This document shows positions 1-9,092 of a DNA stretch of 42,827 nucleotides, one piece after another. The stretch lies in UHGV virus genome UHGV-0011110. The stretch is one strand, 5' to 3'. A program made the translations under genes and the position numbers. The notes under the pieces were generated by a model. It did not search any database. It was given only the letters and a program-made list of their open reading frames with translations, and had not been told where the DNA came from. Position 1 is the stretch's first letter. Every line of letters starts with the position of its first letter. This DNA comes from a virus.

Positions 1-135
1 GAGCCAGAAGTTAAAGAGCCAGAAGTTAAAGAGCCAGAAGTTAAAGAGCCAGAAGTTAAAGAGCCAGAAGTTAAAGAATCAGAAGTTAAAGAATCAGAAG
101 TTAAAGAATCAGAAGTTAAAGAATCAGAAGTTAAA
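1..135 (+). repeat. 15-bp tandem repeat array inside capsid gene: 5x GAGCCAGAAGTTAAA (EPEVK) then 4x GAATCAGAAGTTAAA (ESEVK)
   Basis: Exact unit repetition read directly; same unit x3 at 42783..42827. Confidence 0.9.
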
Positions 136-1119
136 GAAGAAAAACGCTCATTAGAGCCAAAAGGAGAAGAAAACAATATGGAAAAAGTAGTATTAGACGG
201 AAAAGAAATCGCTCAACCAGAAACAGAAGTTCGTGGATTTTTAAATTATGTTCGTTCACACAACTCTAAAATGGACTTACGTGCATTACCAGAAGGTGTC
301 AAATCAAGTGATGTAGGTGCTATTATCCCAGAGGATATTGTTACAAAAACAAAAATGTTACCTGAAACAGTGGTTGACTTACGTAACTTGGTTCAAACAG
401 TGAAAGTAAGCACTCCAACAGGTAAATACCCTATCTTGAAATCAACAGAAGCTGTAATGCATACTGTAGCAGAACTTGAAGCAAATCCAGACTTAGACAA
501 GCCACAATTTGAAAATGTATTGTATGATGTAGATACTTATCGTGGACAAATTCCAGTGTCTCGTGAATCTTTAGATGATTCTGATGAAGATTTGGGAGCA
601 TTAATTGCACGCCATATTCAACGCATTACGTTAAATACTGCTAATGCTAAAATTGTGGAGAACTTTAAAACTGCTGGAGCAGCAACGGTTAAAAATCTTG
701 ATGAAATTAAAACAATCATCAATACTCAATTTGACCCAGCGTATAACTTACAATTTGTAGTTTCTCAATCATTCTACAATGAAGTAGATTTAATGAAAGA
801 CAATGAAGGACGTTACATGTTACAACCTTCAATCACAGCGCAATCAGGCAAATCTTTACTTGGTTTAAACGTGACTGTATTGTCTGACAAGTTACTAGCT
901 GGAGAGGCTGAAAACAAAAAAGTAGCCTTCTTGGGAGACCCTGCAGGGTTTACATCATTCTTTGACCGTAATGAAATTGCAGTGCGTTGGCAAGAACATC
1001 AACATTATGGAGAAATTCTAGCAGCAGCTATGCGTTTTGACGTCAAATCAGTAGACGTAGATGCAGGTAAATTCTTAACTCTTGATACATCAGCACCAGT
1101 TGAAGTTCCAGGAGCATAA
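1..1119 (+). CDS. major capsid protein, HK97-fold; 3' 373 codons of a gene whose 5' end is at 42675..42827 (circular junction)
   Basis: Frame 1 is open from nt 1 (no stop) and is in frame with the ORF that runs off the 3' end of the window. Follows portal and prohead protease; RALPEG-containing HK97-like capsid core. N-terminal delta/scaffold-like coiled coil carries the EPEVK/ESEVK repeats. Confidence 0.8.
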   Translation, partial: EPEVKEPEVKEPEVKEPEVKEPEVKESEVKESEVKESEVKESEVKEEKRSLEPKGEENNMEKVVLDGKEIAQPETEVRGFLNYVRSHNSKMDLRALPEGVKSSDVGAIIPEDIVTKTKMLPETVVDLRNLVQTVKVSTPTGKYPILKSTEAVMHTVAELEANPDLDKPQFENVLYDVDTYRGQIPVSRESLDDSDEDLGALIARHIQRITLNTANAKIVENFKTAGAATVKNLDEIKTIINTQFDPAYNLQFVVSQSFYNEVDLMKDNEGRYMLQPSITAQSGKSLLGLNVTVLSDKLLAGEAENKKVAFLGDPAGFTSFFDRNEIAVRWQEHQHYGEILAAAMRFDVKSVDVDAGKFLTLDTSAPVEVPGA

Positions 1120-1189
1120 TATAAACATTTATTAAGAGAGGTGGGGCTCATGTCTCATCTCTCTTTTATTATAATAGAAGGACGTGATT

Positions 1190-1465
1190 ATGTCAATGAT
1201 TACAGTAGAAGAAATTAAAAATAATTTGCGCATTGACTACGAGGAAGATAATAACTACCTGGAAATGTTACTGGAAGCCGCTAAATTATATATTTTAGGT
1301 AGTATTGAAGTCCTAGAGTTACCAGACACACCACAAACAAACACGTTGATATTCATGCTGGTATCATTATGGTATGAAAATAGAGTTCCAGCAACAAATG
1401 CAATGCAACAACAAGTACCGTTTACAATTACAGCTATGATTCATCAACTGAGAGGTGTGGTATAA
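1190..1465 (+). CDS. gp6-like head-tail connector protein
   Basis: MSMITVEEIKNNLRIDYEEDNNYLEMLLEAAKLYI matches the Phage_gp6 connector N-terminus. ATG at 1190 sits 7 nt after AAGGA; the track start at 1184 is a GTG too close to the SD. Confidence 0.65.
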   Translation: MSMITVEEIKNNLRIDYEEDNNYLEMLLEAAKLYILGSIEVLELPDTPQTNTLIFMLVSLWYENRVPATNAMQQQVPFTITAMIHQLRGVV

Positions 1466-1800
1466 TGGCAAATATCACAGTACAAAGATTAGATAGACGC
1501 ATTCAAATTTTAAAACAAGAAGCTACAAAGAACGAGTTTTTTGAAGTAATTTATGGCTGGATACCAGTCAAAACAATATGGTGTTCAGTCAAACAGCAGT
1601 ATTTTAAAGATTATCAGCAAACATTTGGTACAACCCTTGAAAACACCACTAATTTTATTATTAGATATGATTCAGGTAAATACGTAACGGTTGGTAATAG
1701 AATCATGTTTAATAATCGCATGTACAGAATTATTAATATCTTAGAAGGGTCATTTGATAGAGATTTCACAACACTGGTTTGCCAAGAAGTGGAGGAATAA
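1465..1800 (+). CDS. head closure / head-tail adaptor protein (SPP1 gp16-like)
   Basis: ATGA overlap with the connector gene. Typical size, with IRYDSGKY..MYRIINI..TTLVCQE pattern. Confidence 0.6.
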   Translation: MANITVQRLDRRIQILKQEATKNEFFEVIYGWIPVKTIWCSVKQQYFKDYQQTFGTTLENTTNFIIRYDSGKYVTVGNRIMFNNRMYRIINILEGSFDRDFTTLVCQEVEE

Positions 1801-1802
1801 CA

Positions 1803-2213
1803 ATGACAAAAAAGAATTATGTAGATTTTAGCCAAGCATATAAAGCAATTGGTAAGACTAAAAAACAATTTGAAAAAGCAGAAGTTGAAGCACTTACGAA
1901 AGCTGGAGAGTATGCTGCCAAAGAATTGAAAAAGAATGTACCATATTGGGATGGTAAAAAATATGCTAGAAATAATTGGAGGCAGTATGACAAAAAACAT
2001 GCTAGGGATAACATTGTGTTTTCTAAACCAACGAAAAGCAAACCATTAGTTGAAGTAGGTTTTAACAGTGATGTGTCTTGGCGTATGCACTTCGTAGAGT
2101 ATGGTACAATCAAACAACGTCCTCAACCTTTCATGAAGCAGACAATGAGAGATATTGAAAACCAAGTGGCTACAATTATTCAGAATGAGATGCGAAGGAG
2201 GCTAACACAATGA
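1803..2213 (+). CDS. HK97 gp10-family tail-component / neck protein
   Basis: GGAGGAATAA 4 nt before ATG 1803. C-terminal ..VEYGTIKQRPQPFM.. motif typical of the gp10 family. Confidence 0.55.
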   Translation: MTKKNYVDFSQAYKAIGKTKKQFEKAEVEALTKAGEYAAKELKKNVPYWDGKKYARNNWRQYDKKHARDNIVFSKPTKSKPLVEVGFNSDVSWRMHFVEYGTIKQRPQPFMKQTMRDIENQVATIIQNEMRRRLTQ

Positions 2214-2575
2214 AATTACCTATTTTGTTGGTGGCAGAAACATTGCAGAGTGCTCTACCAGAGATTACATGGTTTGTCAATCAAGTAGAAGAAGAACAAC
2301 AGACTAATCCTAAATATCCACTAGGGCGCATTGTGCAAATCAATGGAGAGTATGGTTCATACGCTTCACAGAACCCAAACTATCTTAACACATCAGTTCA
2401 AGTAGATGTTTGGGTTAGAGATGTGGAAGAGGCTAGCAAATATTACTTCAAATTAGATGAAGTAATGAGAGCTGATAATGTTCAATGTGACTACACAGAA
2501 GAAACACAAGATTTAGATTTGAAGCGTGGACGTAGGATTATTAAACGATATACTATATCACAACTAGTTATTTAA
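2210..2575 (+). CDS. tail completion / neck protein (hypothetical structural)
   Basis: ATGA overlap with the upstream gene; position between neck genes and the major tail protein. Confidence 0.4.
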   Translation: MKLPILLVAETLQSALPEITWFVNQVEEEQQTNPKYPLGRIVQINGEYGSYASQNPNYLNTSVQVDVWVRDVEEASKYYFKLDEVMRADNVQCDYTEETQDLDLKRGRRIIKRYTISQLVI

Positions 2576-2623
2576 CCCACTAATGCCAAAAATATGATAT
2601 ACTGTATATAGAGGAGTGATGTG

Positions 2624-3181
2624 ATGTATACAGTATATTTACATGTCAATAAAATTAATGGTAAAAAGTATTTTGGACAAACTTGTCAAAAAGTTTCTGA
2701 TAGATGGGGTAACGGTTCAACATATTCAAACTCAATACATTTATATAGAGCAATCAAGAAATATGGATGGGATAATTTTAACCATTTTATTATAGCAGAT
2801 AAACTAAATAAAGACGATGCTGACTCATTAGAAATAAAACTAATTCAAGCGTATGATACTATACGAACAGGATATAATATTTGTCATGGCGGAGTAGGAG
2901 TTATGATAGGTAGAAGACATACTGTAGAAACAAAGCAAAAAATACGTGAATACAGAAAAAAACAAGTTTTCTCAAAAGAAATTCAGAAAATAAAAGCAGA
3001 GACAATGTTGGGTTTTAAATACAAACATATTGAAGTCACATTTCATGATGGTAATACACGTAACTACCAACTAATATCAGACATTTCTAACGAGCTTGGT
3101 TTTGATAAAGGACATATTAATAAATGTCTAAACGGAAAAAGAAAATCTCATAATAAATGTAAATTTAACTATGTATATTAG
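2624..3181 (+). CDS. free-standing GIY-YIG homing endonuclease
   Basis: VYLHVN..KKYFGQT (GIY..YIG), conserved R and YNIxHGG motif; C-terminal basic DNA-binding tail. GAGGAG 7 nt before ATG 2624. Confidence 0.8.
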   Translation: MYTVYLHVNKINGKKYFGQTCQKVSDRWGNGSTYSNSIHLYRAIKKYGWDNFNHFIIADKLNKDDADSLEIKLIQAYDTIRTGYNICHGGVGVMIGRRHTVETKQKIREYRKKQVFSKEIQKIKAETMLGFKYKHIEVTFHDGNTRNYQLISDISNELGFDKGHINKCLNGKRKSHNKCKFNYVY

Positions 3182-3243
3182 TCAACACATAGTAGAGCAT
3201 TTATGATATAATTACTTTAGTAATAAAAATAAAAATAAAGGAC

Positions 3244-3819
3244 GTGATTATTATCGCATTAGTAGGGTTCGAAAAAGCTATTATCTCTGTGCCAAAAGTA
3301 GGCGGAGATGGCGTAGACCAATTAGTAATTGATAAGACAGGTGGAGGTACAATTGAAGCAAGTATCTCAGGAATTTCACCAGACCAAACAACAGTGTATG
3401 CTTCAAACGTACCAATTTGGGTATCAGCTAAAGGTGTGGGTGAGTTAACAGCTTCATTGAATGTGTTTGACCTTTATAAAAACAACGTTTATGAACGGAT
3501 TATGGGTATCACACGTGACGCAGATGGTGTAGCAATGGTTGGACAAGATACAGAGGCACCGTATGTTTCAGTAGTATTTGTATCAAGCACCGCTGATGGT
3601 AAGAAGATGTTCCTTGGTTTGACAAAAGGACGATTCTCACATCCAGAATTGGCATTGAATACTACAGAATCTGGCGGAACAGAACCAAACACAGAAACAA
3701 TTGAAGGTTCATTTGTAACTGACTCACGTGGTATTGCTTACATGAGTGGAGTGGAAGAAGCTAGCAAGTTAACACTAGAAAAATTCATTAACAAAGTTAA
3801 TAATGTGTCAGAAGGTTAA
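3244..3819 (+). CDS. major tail protein
   Basis: 191 aa and Gly/Thr/Ser rich. Followed by a strong terminator and then the G/GT chaperone pair. The start is unusual: GTG 3244 or ATT 3247 in the context AAGGACGTGATTAT, which also precedes the connector gene. Confidence 0.65.
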   Translation: MIIIALVGFEKAIISVPKVGGDGVDQLVIDKTGGGTIEASISGISPDQTTVYASNVPIWVSAKGVGELTASLNVFDLYKNNVYERIMGITRDADGVAMVGQDTEAPYVSVVFVSSTADGKKMFLGLTKGRFSHPELALNTTESGGTEPNTETIEGSFVTDSRGIAYMSGVEEASKLTLEKFINKVNNVSEG

Positions 3820-3826
3820 CCACTAA

Positions 3827-3853
3827 ACCTAGTCTTAATTGACTAGGTTTTTA
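3827..3853 (+). terminator. rho-independent terminator after the major tail gene
   Basis: Perfect 8-bp stem ACCTAGTC/GACTAGGT, 6-nt loop, then TTTTT. Confidence 0.7.
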
Positions 3854-3924
3854 ATTTACACAAATAAGGGAACATGTGCTATAATGTATTAGTAGACAAA
3901 ATTAAAATTATTGGAGGACTAAAG

Positions 3925-4254
3925 ATGATTACATTAAAATTAGAAATTGACGGAAAACAAAAGGAATTCAAACAAAAATCAATCAAGGTTCGTGCAATGC
4001 GTGAAATGATGAAGTTTCAAGCTAAAATGGAAAAAGTACAAGCTGGAGAGCTTGAAATGACTCCATTAGAACAAATTGACCATATGATTGCGCTAGTGGC
4101 TGATATTTTTGATAATCCAGAAGTTAACTTTGACACAATTATTGAAGGTATTGATGCTGATAAGCTAGAAGAAGTACTTGGAGACGTATTTAACAATATT
4201 GGAGGCGGTGAAGCATCAGCCCCAAAAAAGGTGAAAAAGACCTCTCAAAAATAA
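3925..4254 (+). CDS. tail assembly chaperone G
   Basis: GGAGGAC 5 nt before ATG 3925. Acidic ~110-aa protein immediately upstream of the tape measure. Ends just after the slippery site. Confidence 0.65.
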   Translation: MITLKLEIDGKQKEFKQKSIKVRAMREMMKFQAKMEKVQAGELEMTPLEQIDHMIALVADIFDNPEVNFDTIIEGIDADKLEEVLGDVFNNIGGGEASAPKKVKKTSQK

Positions 4255-4484
4255 GTTGGGAGGAACATCTTGAAGCAATGGACAAAATGTACACAGAGTT
4301 GTTAGCTACTGAGAATGGTAACTGGTCTCTATCAGAGATAAACAACGCTGATTACAATTTATTAATGGAACTATTTACAGAACAAAATAAGCCAAAAAAA
4401 GAAAAGAAACAGGATGCAATGGATTTTTTCGCAACGTTCATGAGTCCAGCAGATTTAGCAAAAGCAAAAGGAACGGCACTTTAG
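4224..4484 (+). CDS. T extension of the G-T chaperone fusion, reached by -1 frameshift at A_AAA_AAG (4224..4230)
   Basis: Canonical heptamer A AAA AAG in the G frame. The -1 frame is open from 4224 into ORF 4278..4484 with no stop. Confidence 0.6.
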   Translation, partial: KKGEKDLSKISWEEHLEAMDKMYTELLATENGNWSLSEINNADYNLLMELFTEQNKPKKEKKQDAMDFFATFMSPADLAKAKGTAL

Positions 4485-4551
4485 GTAAACCTAAGGTGTC
4501 TTTTTTTATGCTATAATAGGTGTAGAAATACATTGAAGGAGTGAAAAATTA

Positions 4552-7500
4552 ATGGGAGATAAACCGGTAGGAAACATGAAGTTTGGGATTGGTTTTGATG
4601 GATTAGACGAATCCCTAAATACTTTAGATAAACTAAATAGAGCAATTAGACAAACAGAATCTGCAATGAAAACCAACATATCCACTATGGATAAGGCTAA
4701 TAAAACTGCTGCAGACTATGCTCAACAAGAAGCAGATTTATCAAAAGCTTTTGAGCTGCAAGCCAAGAAAATCCAACTTTTGGAAAAACGCAAAGCTGCA
4801 CAGATTGAGCAATACGGTAAAGAGTCATCAGCAGTAGCAAAAACAAACAATGAAATAAACAAAGCATCTGCAGTATACAATAAATATTCACGTGATTTAG
4901 AAAAAGCAAGTCAAGGCTATATCATTGCATCCAGTGGAGTAGATAAGTATAATAAAGCATTGTCTGAAAATGAGAAACAAATGAAACAAGAGGTTTCAGC
5001 ATTAAAGAGTGCTGGAGATAAAACTGGTGCATACGCTGCTCAGAAAAAAGGATTACAACGACAAGCCTCACTAACCACTAAAGCTATCGCAGCACAAGAA
5101 AACGTTGTTAAAGAATTGACAAAAGAATATGGAGCAAACTCTAAACAGGTACAAGATGCTCAATCAAAATTAGATAGTTATAAACGTCAACAAACAATAA
5201 CCTCTAAGCAACTTGAAGCAACAAACAAAAGTCTCAAAGAAGGTAAAAGCTCATTCAAAGGTTTAAATGATGAGATGAGTAAATCTGAGTCCGCTGGGGG
5301 TAAAGCTGTAAAATCATTAGGTAGAGTTACCAGTGGTTTAGGAAGTATGGTAAGTGGTATTGGCAAAGTAGTTGGGAAAGTTGGTTTAGGAGCATTACTA
5401 ACTGTTGGTAATAAAGCATTCAACGCAGTAAGCAATAATATAGATGGCGCAATTAAGCGTATTGACACATTAGCAAACTCAACCAGAGCTTTTGAAAATA
5501 TGGGATTTTCAGCAGACCATACGGCAAAAGCAATGAAAAACATTTCTAAAGCCATTGACGGATTACCAACAGCATTGAATGACTCAGTAAGTAACGTTCA
5601 GTTATTAGCAGCATCAACTGGCGACCTAGACCTATCTGTTGATGTGTACAAAGCATTGAATGATGCCATCCTTGGTTTTGGCGGAGATGCCAATATGGCA
5701 AACAATGCAATTGTTCAATTGTCACAATCATTTTCTAATGGTAAAATTGATGCACAAACATGGAACTCAATGATTAACTCAGGGTTAGGACCAACTCTGA
5801 ACGCATTAGCTAAAACAATGGGTAAGACCACAGGTGAACTTAAAGAAGGTTTATCAGAGGGTAAAATTTCTGTAAAAGACTTCCAAGAAGGATTAATTAA
5901 ACTAGATAAAGAAGGCGGTGGAGGGCTTAAGTCATTAGAGCAAATAGTTAAGGACTCAACCAAAGGTATTGGAACATCTTTAGCCAACGCAAAAACAGCA
6001 ATGGTTAGGGGTACTGCTGAACTAATAAAATCTGCAGACCAAGTGTTAACCAATATGAACCTACCTACAATTGCTGAGTTAATATCAAATTCAGGAAAAA
6101 AAGTAGAAAATGTTATGAAAGCAGTAGCTGCTGGACTTCCTGAACTTGCTAAAAATTTCTCATGGGTTGGTGGTGTATTCACAACAGTTGGGGAACTAGC
6201 AGCTAGTGGGCTAGGTAAAATTGGAGAGTTAGTAGGTAATTTCAAGACGTCAGTCAGTGGACTATTTGACTACGTTAGTAAGGTATGGAGTGGTAATGCA
6301 ACTAACGCAGACCAAGGTATTCTTGCAAGTCTTGGTTTTGACTATGAAACAATTTGGAAATTAGATGACTTTGTTAAAGGCTTCAAGGAAAAAGCAGATA
6401 CATTTGGTAATTACATTAAAGGTTTTTGGAAGCTATTTACTGGTAATGAAGCAGAACAACTAGATGGATATTCCATGCTTAGAAAATTAGGAATGAGTCC
6501 AGAAACTATCACTAAACTAGAAGAAGTGAAAGTAGCAGTAACGAATGCGTTCCAAACAATTAAAGACTCATACTCTAAGTATTTAGGTACAGTTCTAACA
6601 GCTGTTGGAGACATTTTCTCAACATTGTTTACATTCATTATGGAGAAGGTAGTACCTATTCTAGTACCTGCAATAACAGAAATGTTGACAACTATTGGTA
6701 GAGGGTTCAAAGATGTGTTTGGGTTCTTATCAAATTGGTGGGATAAAAACGGTGCTAGAATTATGAAGGCAGTGAATAATCTATTAATCATACTAACACC
6801 ATTGATTGGTATTGCGATAGAACTACTTAAATCGTTTGTAAACTCAGTGATTGGTTTGATGCAAGGACTTGTAAAAGTAGTAACTGGAATTATTGATGTA
6901 TTTAGTATGATAATGACAGGAGACTTCACTGGCTTATGGGAGTCAATTAAAAACATTTTCTTTGGTGCTATACAGGTTGTTTGGAATTACATTAACATCA
7001 TGTTCATTGGTAAGATTGTTAAAGCTGTAGGAGGTTTTGGAGCAAGTATCAAAGGTTTGTTCAGCACTATGTGGAATGGAATTAAAAGTTTGTTTACAGG
7101 TGGCGCAACTGCGGTAAGTAGCACAGTATCAAACTTTGGAACAACCGTTTGGAATTTCTTCAAGTCATTAGGTAGCAACTTAGGTAAAACAGTTAGTGGA
7201 ATGTGGACTGGAATTAAAAATACATTCTCAGGTGGAATTGACACAGTGCTTGGATGGGTCAAATCAATGCCAAACAAGATGGCTGAAGGTATTAAGACTG
7301 GTGCTAAATTCGTATCAAACGCATTTAAATCAATATTTAACGGAGCGTTGAAAGCGATTGGTGGACCAGTTAACGGAATCATTGGCGGAGCATCATGGGT
7401 TCTTGAAAAATTAGGAGCAGAACCGCTTAAGAAGTGGGAAGTACCTCAATATGCTACAGGTACGCCAGAAGGTGGTCACCCAATCAATGGACCTATGATG

Positions 7501-9018
7501 GTAAATGACGGTCGTGGAGCTGAAACAGTCATCACTCCAGATGGTAGAGCATTTATTCCTAAAGGACGTAATGTAGTACTAAACGCACCAAAAGGAACAC
7601 ATGTCTTGACAGCAGAAGAAACAGCTCAACTTCAAGGTTCTAAAGCACCTAAGTATCGTTACAAAAAAGGTACTAACTTCTTTGGAAACTTATGGAGTAA
7701 TGTCAAAGGTTTCGCTGGTAATGTAGGTAACAAACTCAAAAATGTAGTAGGAGATGTTTGGGATTTTGTATCTAATCCAGAAAAGTTAGCTAAAAAAGTG
7801 TTAGGTGGATTAGATGTTTTAGCTGGATTAACTAAATATCCATTAGATGTTGGTAAAGGTATTCTAAGTAAAGCTACAAGTGCATTAACTAGTAAGATTA
7901 AAGAAATGTTCTCAGCCAGCTCAGGTAACTTAGACTTAGGTACAGGAGCAGCAGGTGTTTACAAATATCTAGCTGATGTTGCTAAATCAGTATTGAGTAA
8001 GTACCCTGGTTTCCAAATAACCTCAGGTTACAGACCTGGAGACCCTCATTCACATGGTAAACGTAACGCAATTGATATTGCATTACCAGGTGTAACAGGT
8101 GGCTCACCTAGATATGCAGAAGCCGCAAACTACGCTTTTGAGAAATTTGCTGGTAAGGTTGGATATGTTATCACTAATGGTAAAGTACGTGACCGTTCAG
8201 GGCAATCCGGAACAGGTATTCACAACGACTGGAGACCTTGGGCTGATGGAGACCATTACGACCATGTACACATTAACGGTATCAAAGACCCTCAGAATAA
8301 ACAAATCTCAGGAGAAAACATTGGAGGTAGTGGAGTAGATAGATGGAGAGGGGTAGCAACGCAAGCCCTCAAAATGACTGGTCAATACAGTGCTAGTAAC
8401 TTAGCAGCACTGCTTAACCAGATGCGTACAGAGTCAAACGGCAATCCTAACGCAATAAACAACTGGGATATTAACGCATTGAATGGTACACCGTCTAAAG
8501 GACTATTACAGGTTATTGACCCAACATTTAGACAATACGCAATGCCTGGGTACAATAGTAACATCTTTGACCCATTATCTAACATCTTAGCGTCAATCAG
8601 ATATGCACTATCAAGATATGGTTCACTAGCCAATGCGTATCGTGGAGTTGGTTACGAAAACGGTGGAATTATCACTAAGCAACATATGGCAATGGTGGGT
8701 GAAGGTAACAAAGAAGAGGTTGTAATTCCATTAACAGGCTCAGGACTTAAACGTTCAAGAGCTATGCAACTACTAGCATATGCTAGTGAGAAATTAGGAG
8801 CTACCACAGCATCAATTAGTAGTACAACTGGTAACACGTCAAACGTTTCAGATATGGCACAAATGTTGGCACTTATGCAAGAACAGAATCAACTGTTGAT
8901 GGCTATTCTAGCTAAGGACACTAATGTGGTATTAGATGGAACTAAACTAAATAGTAAGTTAGAAAGCATTAGAAACACACAACAAATTAACAACAATCGT
9001 AACATGGGGTTAATTTAA
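4552..9018 (+). CDS. tail tape measure protein with C-terminal LAS-type zinc peptidase and lytic transglycosylase (SLT) domains
   Basis: 1488 aa, coiled-coil N-terminus, Gly-rich hydrophobic middle. SHGKRNAIDI ... DHYDHVH (HxxxD/HxH-type) followed by TESNGNPNA...GLLQV SLT motifs. Confidence 0.85.
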   Translation: MGDKPVGNMKFGIGFDGLDESLNTLDKLNRAIRQTESAMKTNISTMDKANKTAADYAQQEADLSKAFELQAKKIQLLEKRKAAQIEQYGKESSAVAKTNNEINKASAVYNKYSRDLEKASQGYIIASSGVDKYNKALSENEKQMKQEVSALKSAGDKTGAYAAQKKGLQRQASLTTKAIAAQENVVKELTKEYGANSKQVQDAQSKLDSYKRQQTITSKQLEATNKSLKEGKSSFKGLNDEMSKSESAGGKAVKSLGRVTSGLGSMVSGIGKVVGKVGLGALLTVGNKAFNAVSNNIDGAIKRIDTLANSTRAFENMGFSADHTAKAMKNISKAIDGLPTALNDSVSNVQLLAASTGDLDLSVDVYKALNDAILGFGGDANMANNAIVQLSQSFSNGKIDAQTWNSMINSGLGPTLNALAKTMGKTTGELKEGLSEGKISVKDFQEGLIKLDKEGGGGLKSLEQIVKDSTKGIGTSLANAKTAMVRGTAELIKSADQVLTNMNLPTIAELISNSGKKVENVMKAVAAGLPELAKNFSWVGGVFTTVGELAASGLGKIGELVGNFKTSVSGLFDYVSKVWSGNATNADQGILASLGFDYETIWKLDDFVKGFKEKADTFGNYIKGFWKLFTGNEAEQLDGYSMLRKLGMSPETITKLEEVKVAVTNAFQTIKDSYSKYLGTVLTAVGDIFSTLFTFIMEKVVPILVPAITEMLTTIGRGFKDVFGFLSNWWDKNGARIMKAVNNLLIILTPLIGIAIELLKSFVNSVIGLMQGLVKVVTGIIDVFSMIMTGDFTGLWESIKNIFFGAIQVVWNYINIMFIGKIVKAVGGFGASIKGLFSTMWNGIKSLFTGGATAVSSTVSNFGTTVWNFFKSLGSNLGKTVSGMWTGIKNTFSGGIDTVLGWVKSMPNKMAEGIKTGAKFVSNAFKSIFNGALKAIGGPVNGIIGGASWVLEKLGAEPLKKWEVPQYATGTPEGGHPINGPMMVNDGRGAETVITPDGRAFIPKGRNVVLNAPKGTHVLTAEETAQLQGSKAPKYRYKKGTNFFGNLWSNVKGFAGNVGNKLKNVVGDVWDFVSNPEKLAKKVLGGLDVLAGLTKYPLDVGKGILSKATSALTSKIKEMFSASSGNLDLGTGAAGVYKYLADVAKSVLSKYPGFQITSGYRPGDPHSHGKRNAIDIALPGVTGGSPRYAEAANYAFEKFAGKVGYVITNGKVRDRSGQSGTGIHNDWRPWADGDHYDHVHINGIKDPQNKQISGENIGGSGVDRWRGVATQALKMTGQYSASNLAALLNQMRTESNGNPNAINNWDINALNGTPSKGLLQVIDPTFRQYAMPGYNSNIFDPLSNILASIRYALSRYGSLANAYRGVGYENGGIITKQHMAMVGEGNKEEVVIPLTGSGLKRSRAMQLLAYASEKLGATTASISSTTGNTSNVSDMAQMLALMQEQNQLLMAILAKDTNVVLDGTKLNSKLESIRNTQQINNNRNMGLI

Positions 9019-9092
9019 AAGAATAAGGGGGCTTGTATAGCTCCCTTTTTTATGCTATAATACATGTATAGAACTTTAAAGGAGAGATAATC

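Noticed and set aside
1-135. Matching sequence at both window ends as direct terminal repeats of a linear genome
   Set aside because: The repeats are in-frame 15-bp coding units inside one continuous capsid ORF spanning the junction. The packaging genes are cos-type (P27 TerS plus HNH). An intragenic repeat array at a circular junction is the simpler reading.
1614-2113. Minus-strand ORFs 1614..2000 and 1817..2113
   Set aside because: Antisense to head-closure/gp10-like genes; hydrophobic junk translation, no RBS.
4697-8837. Several antisense ORFs inside the tape measure gene (4697..4909, 5187..5555, 5715..6245, 6411..6956, 6987..7382, 8382..8633, 8652..8837)
   Set aside because: All lie antisense within a well-supported 1488-aa gene and lack RBS; they are low-complexity translations of Gly/Ala-rich antisense.
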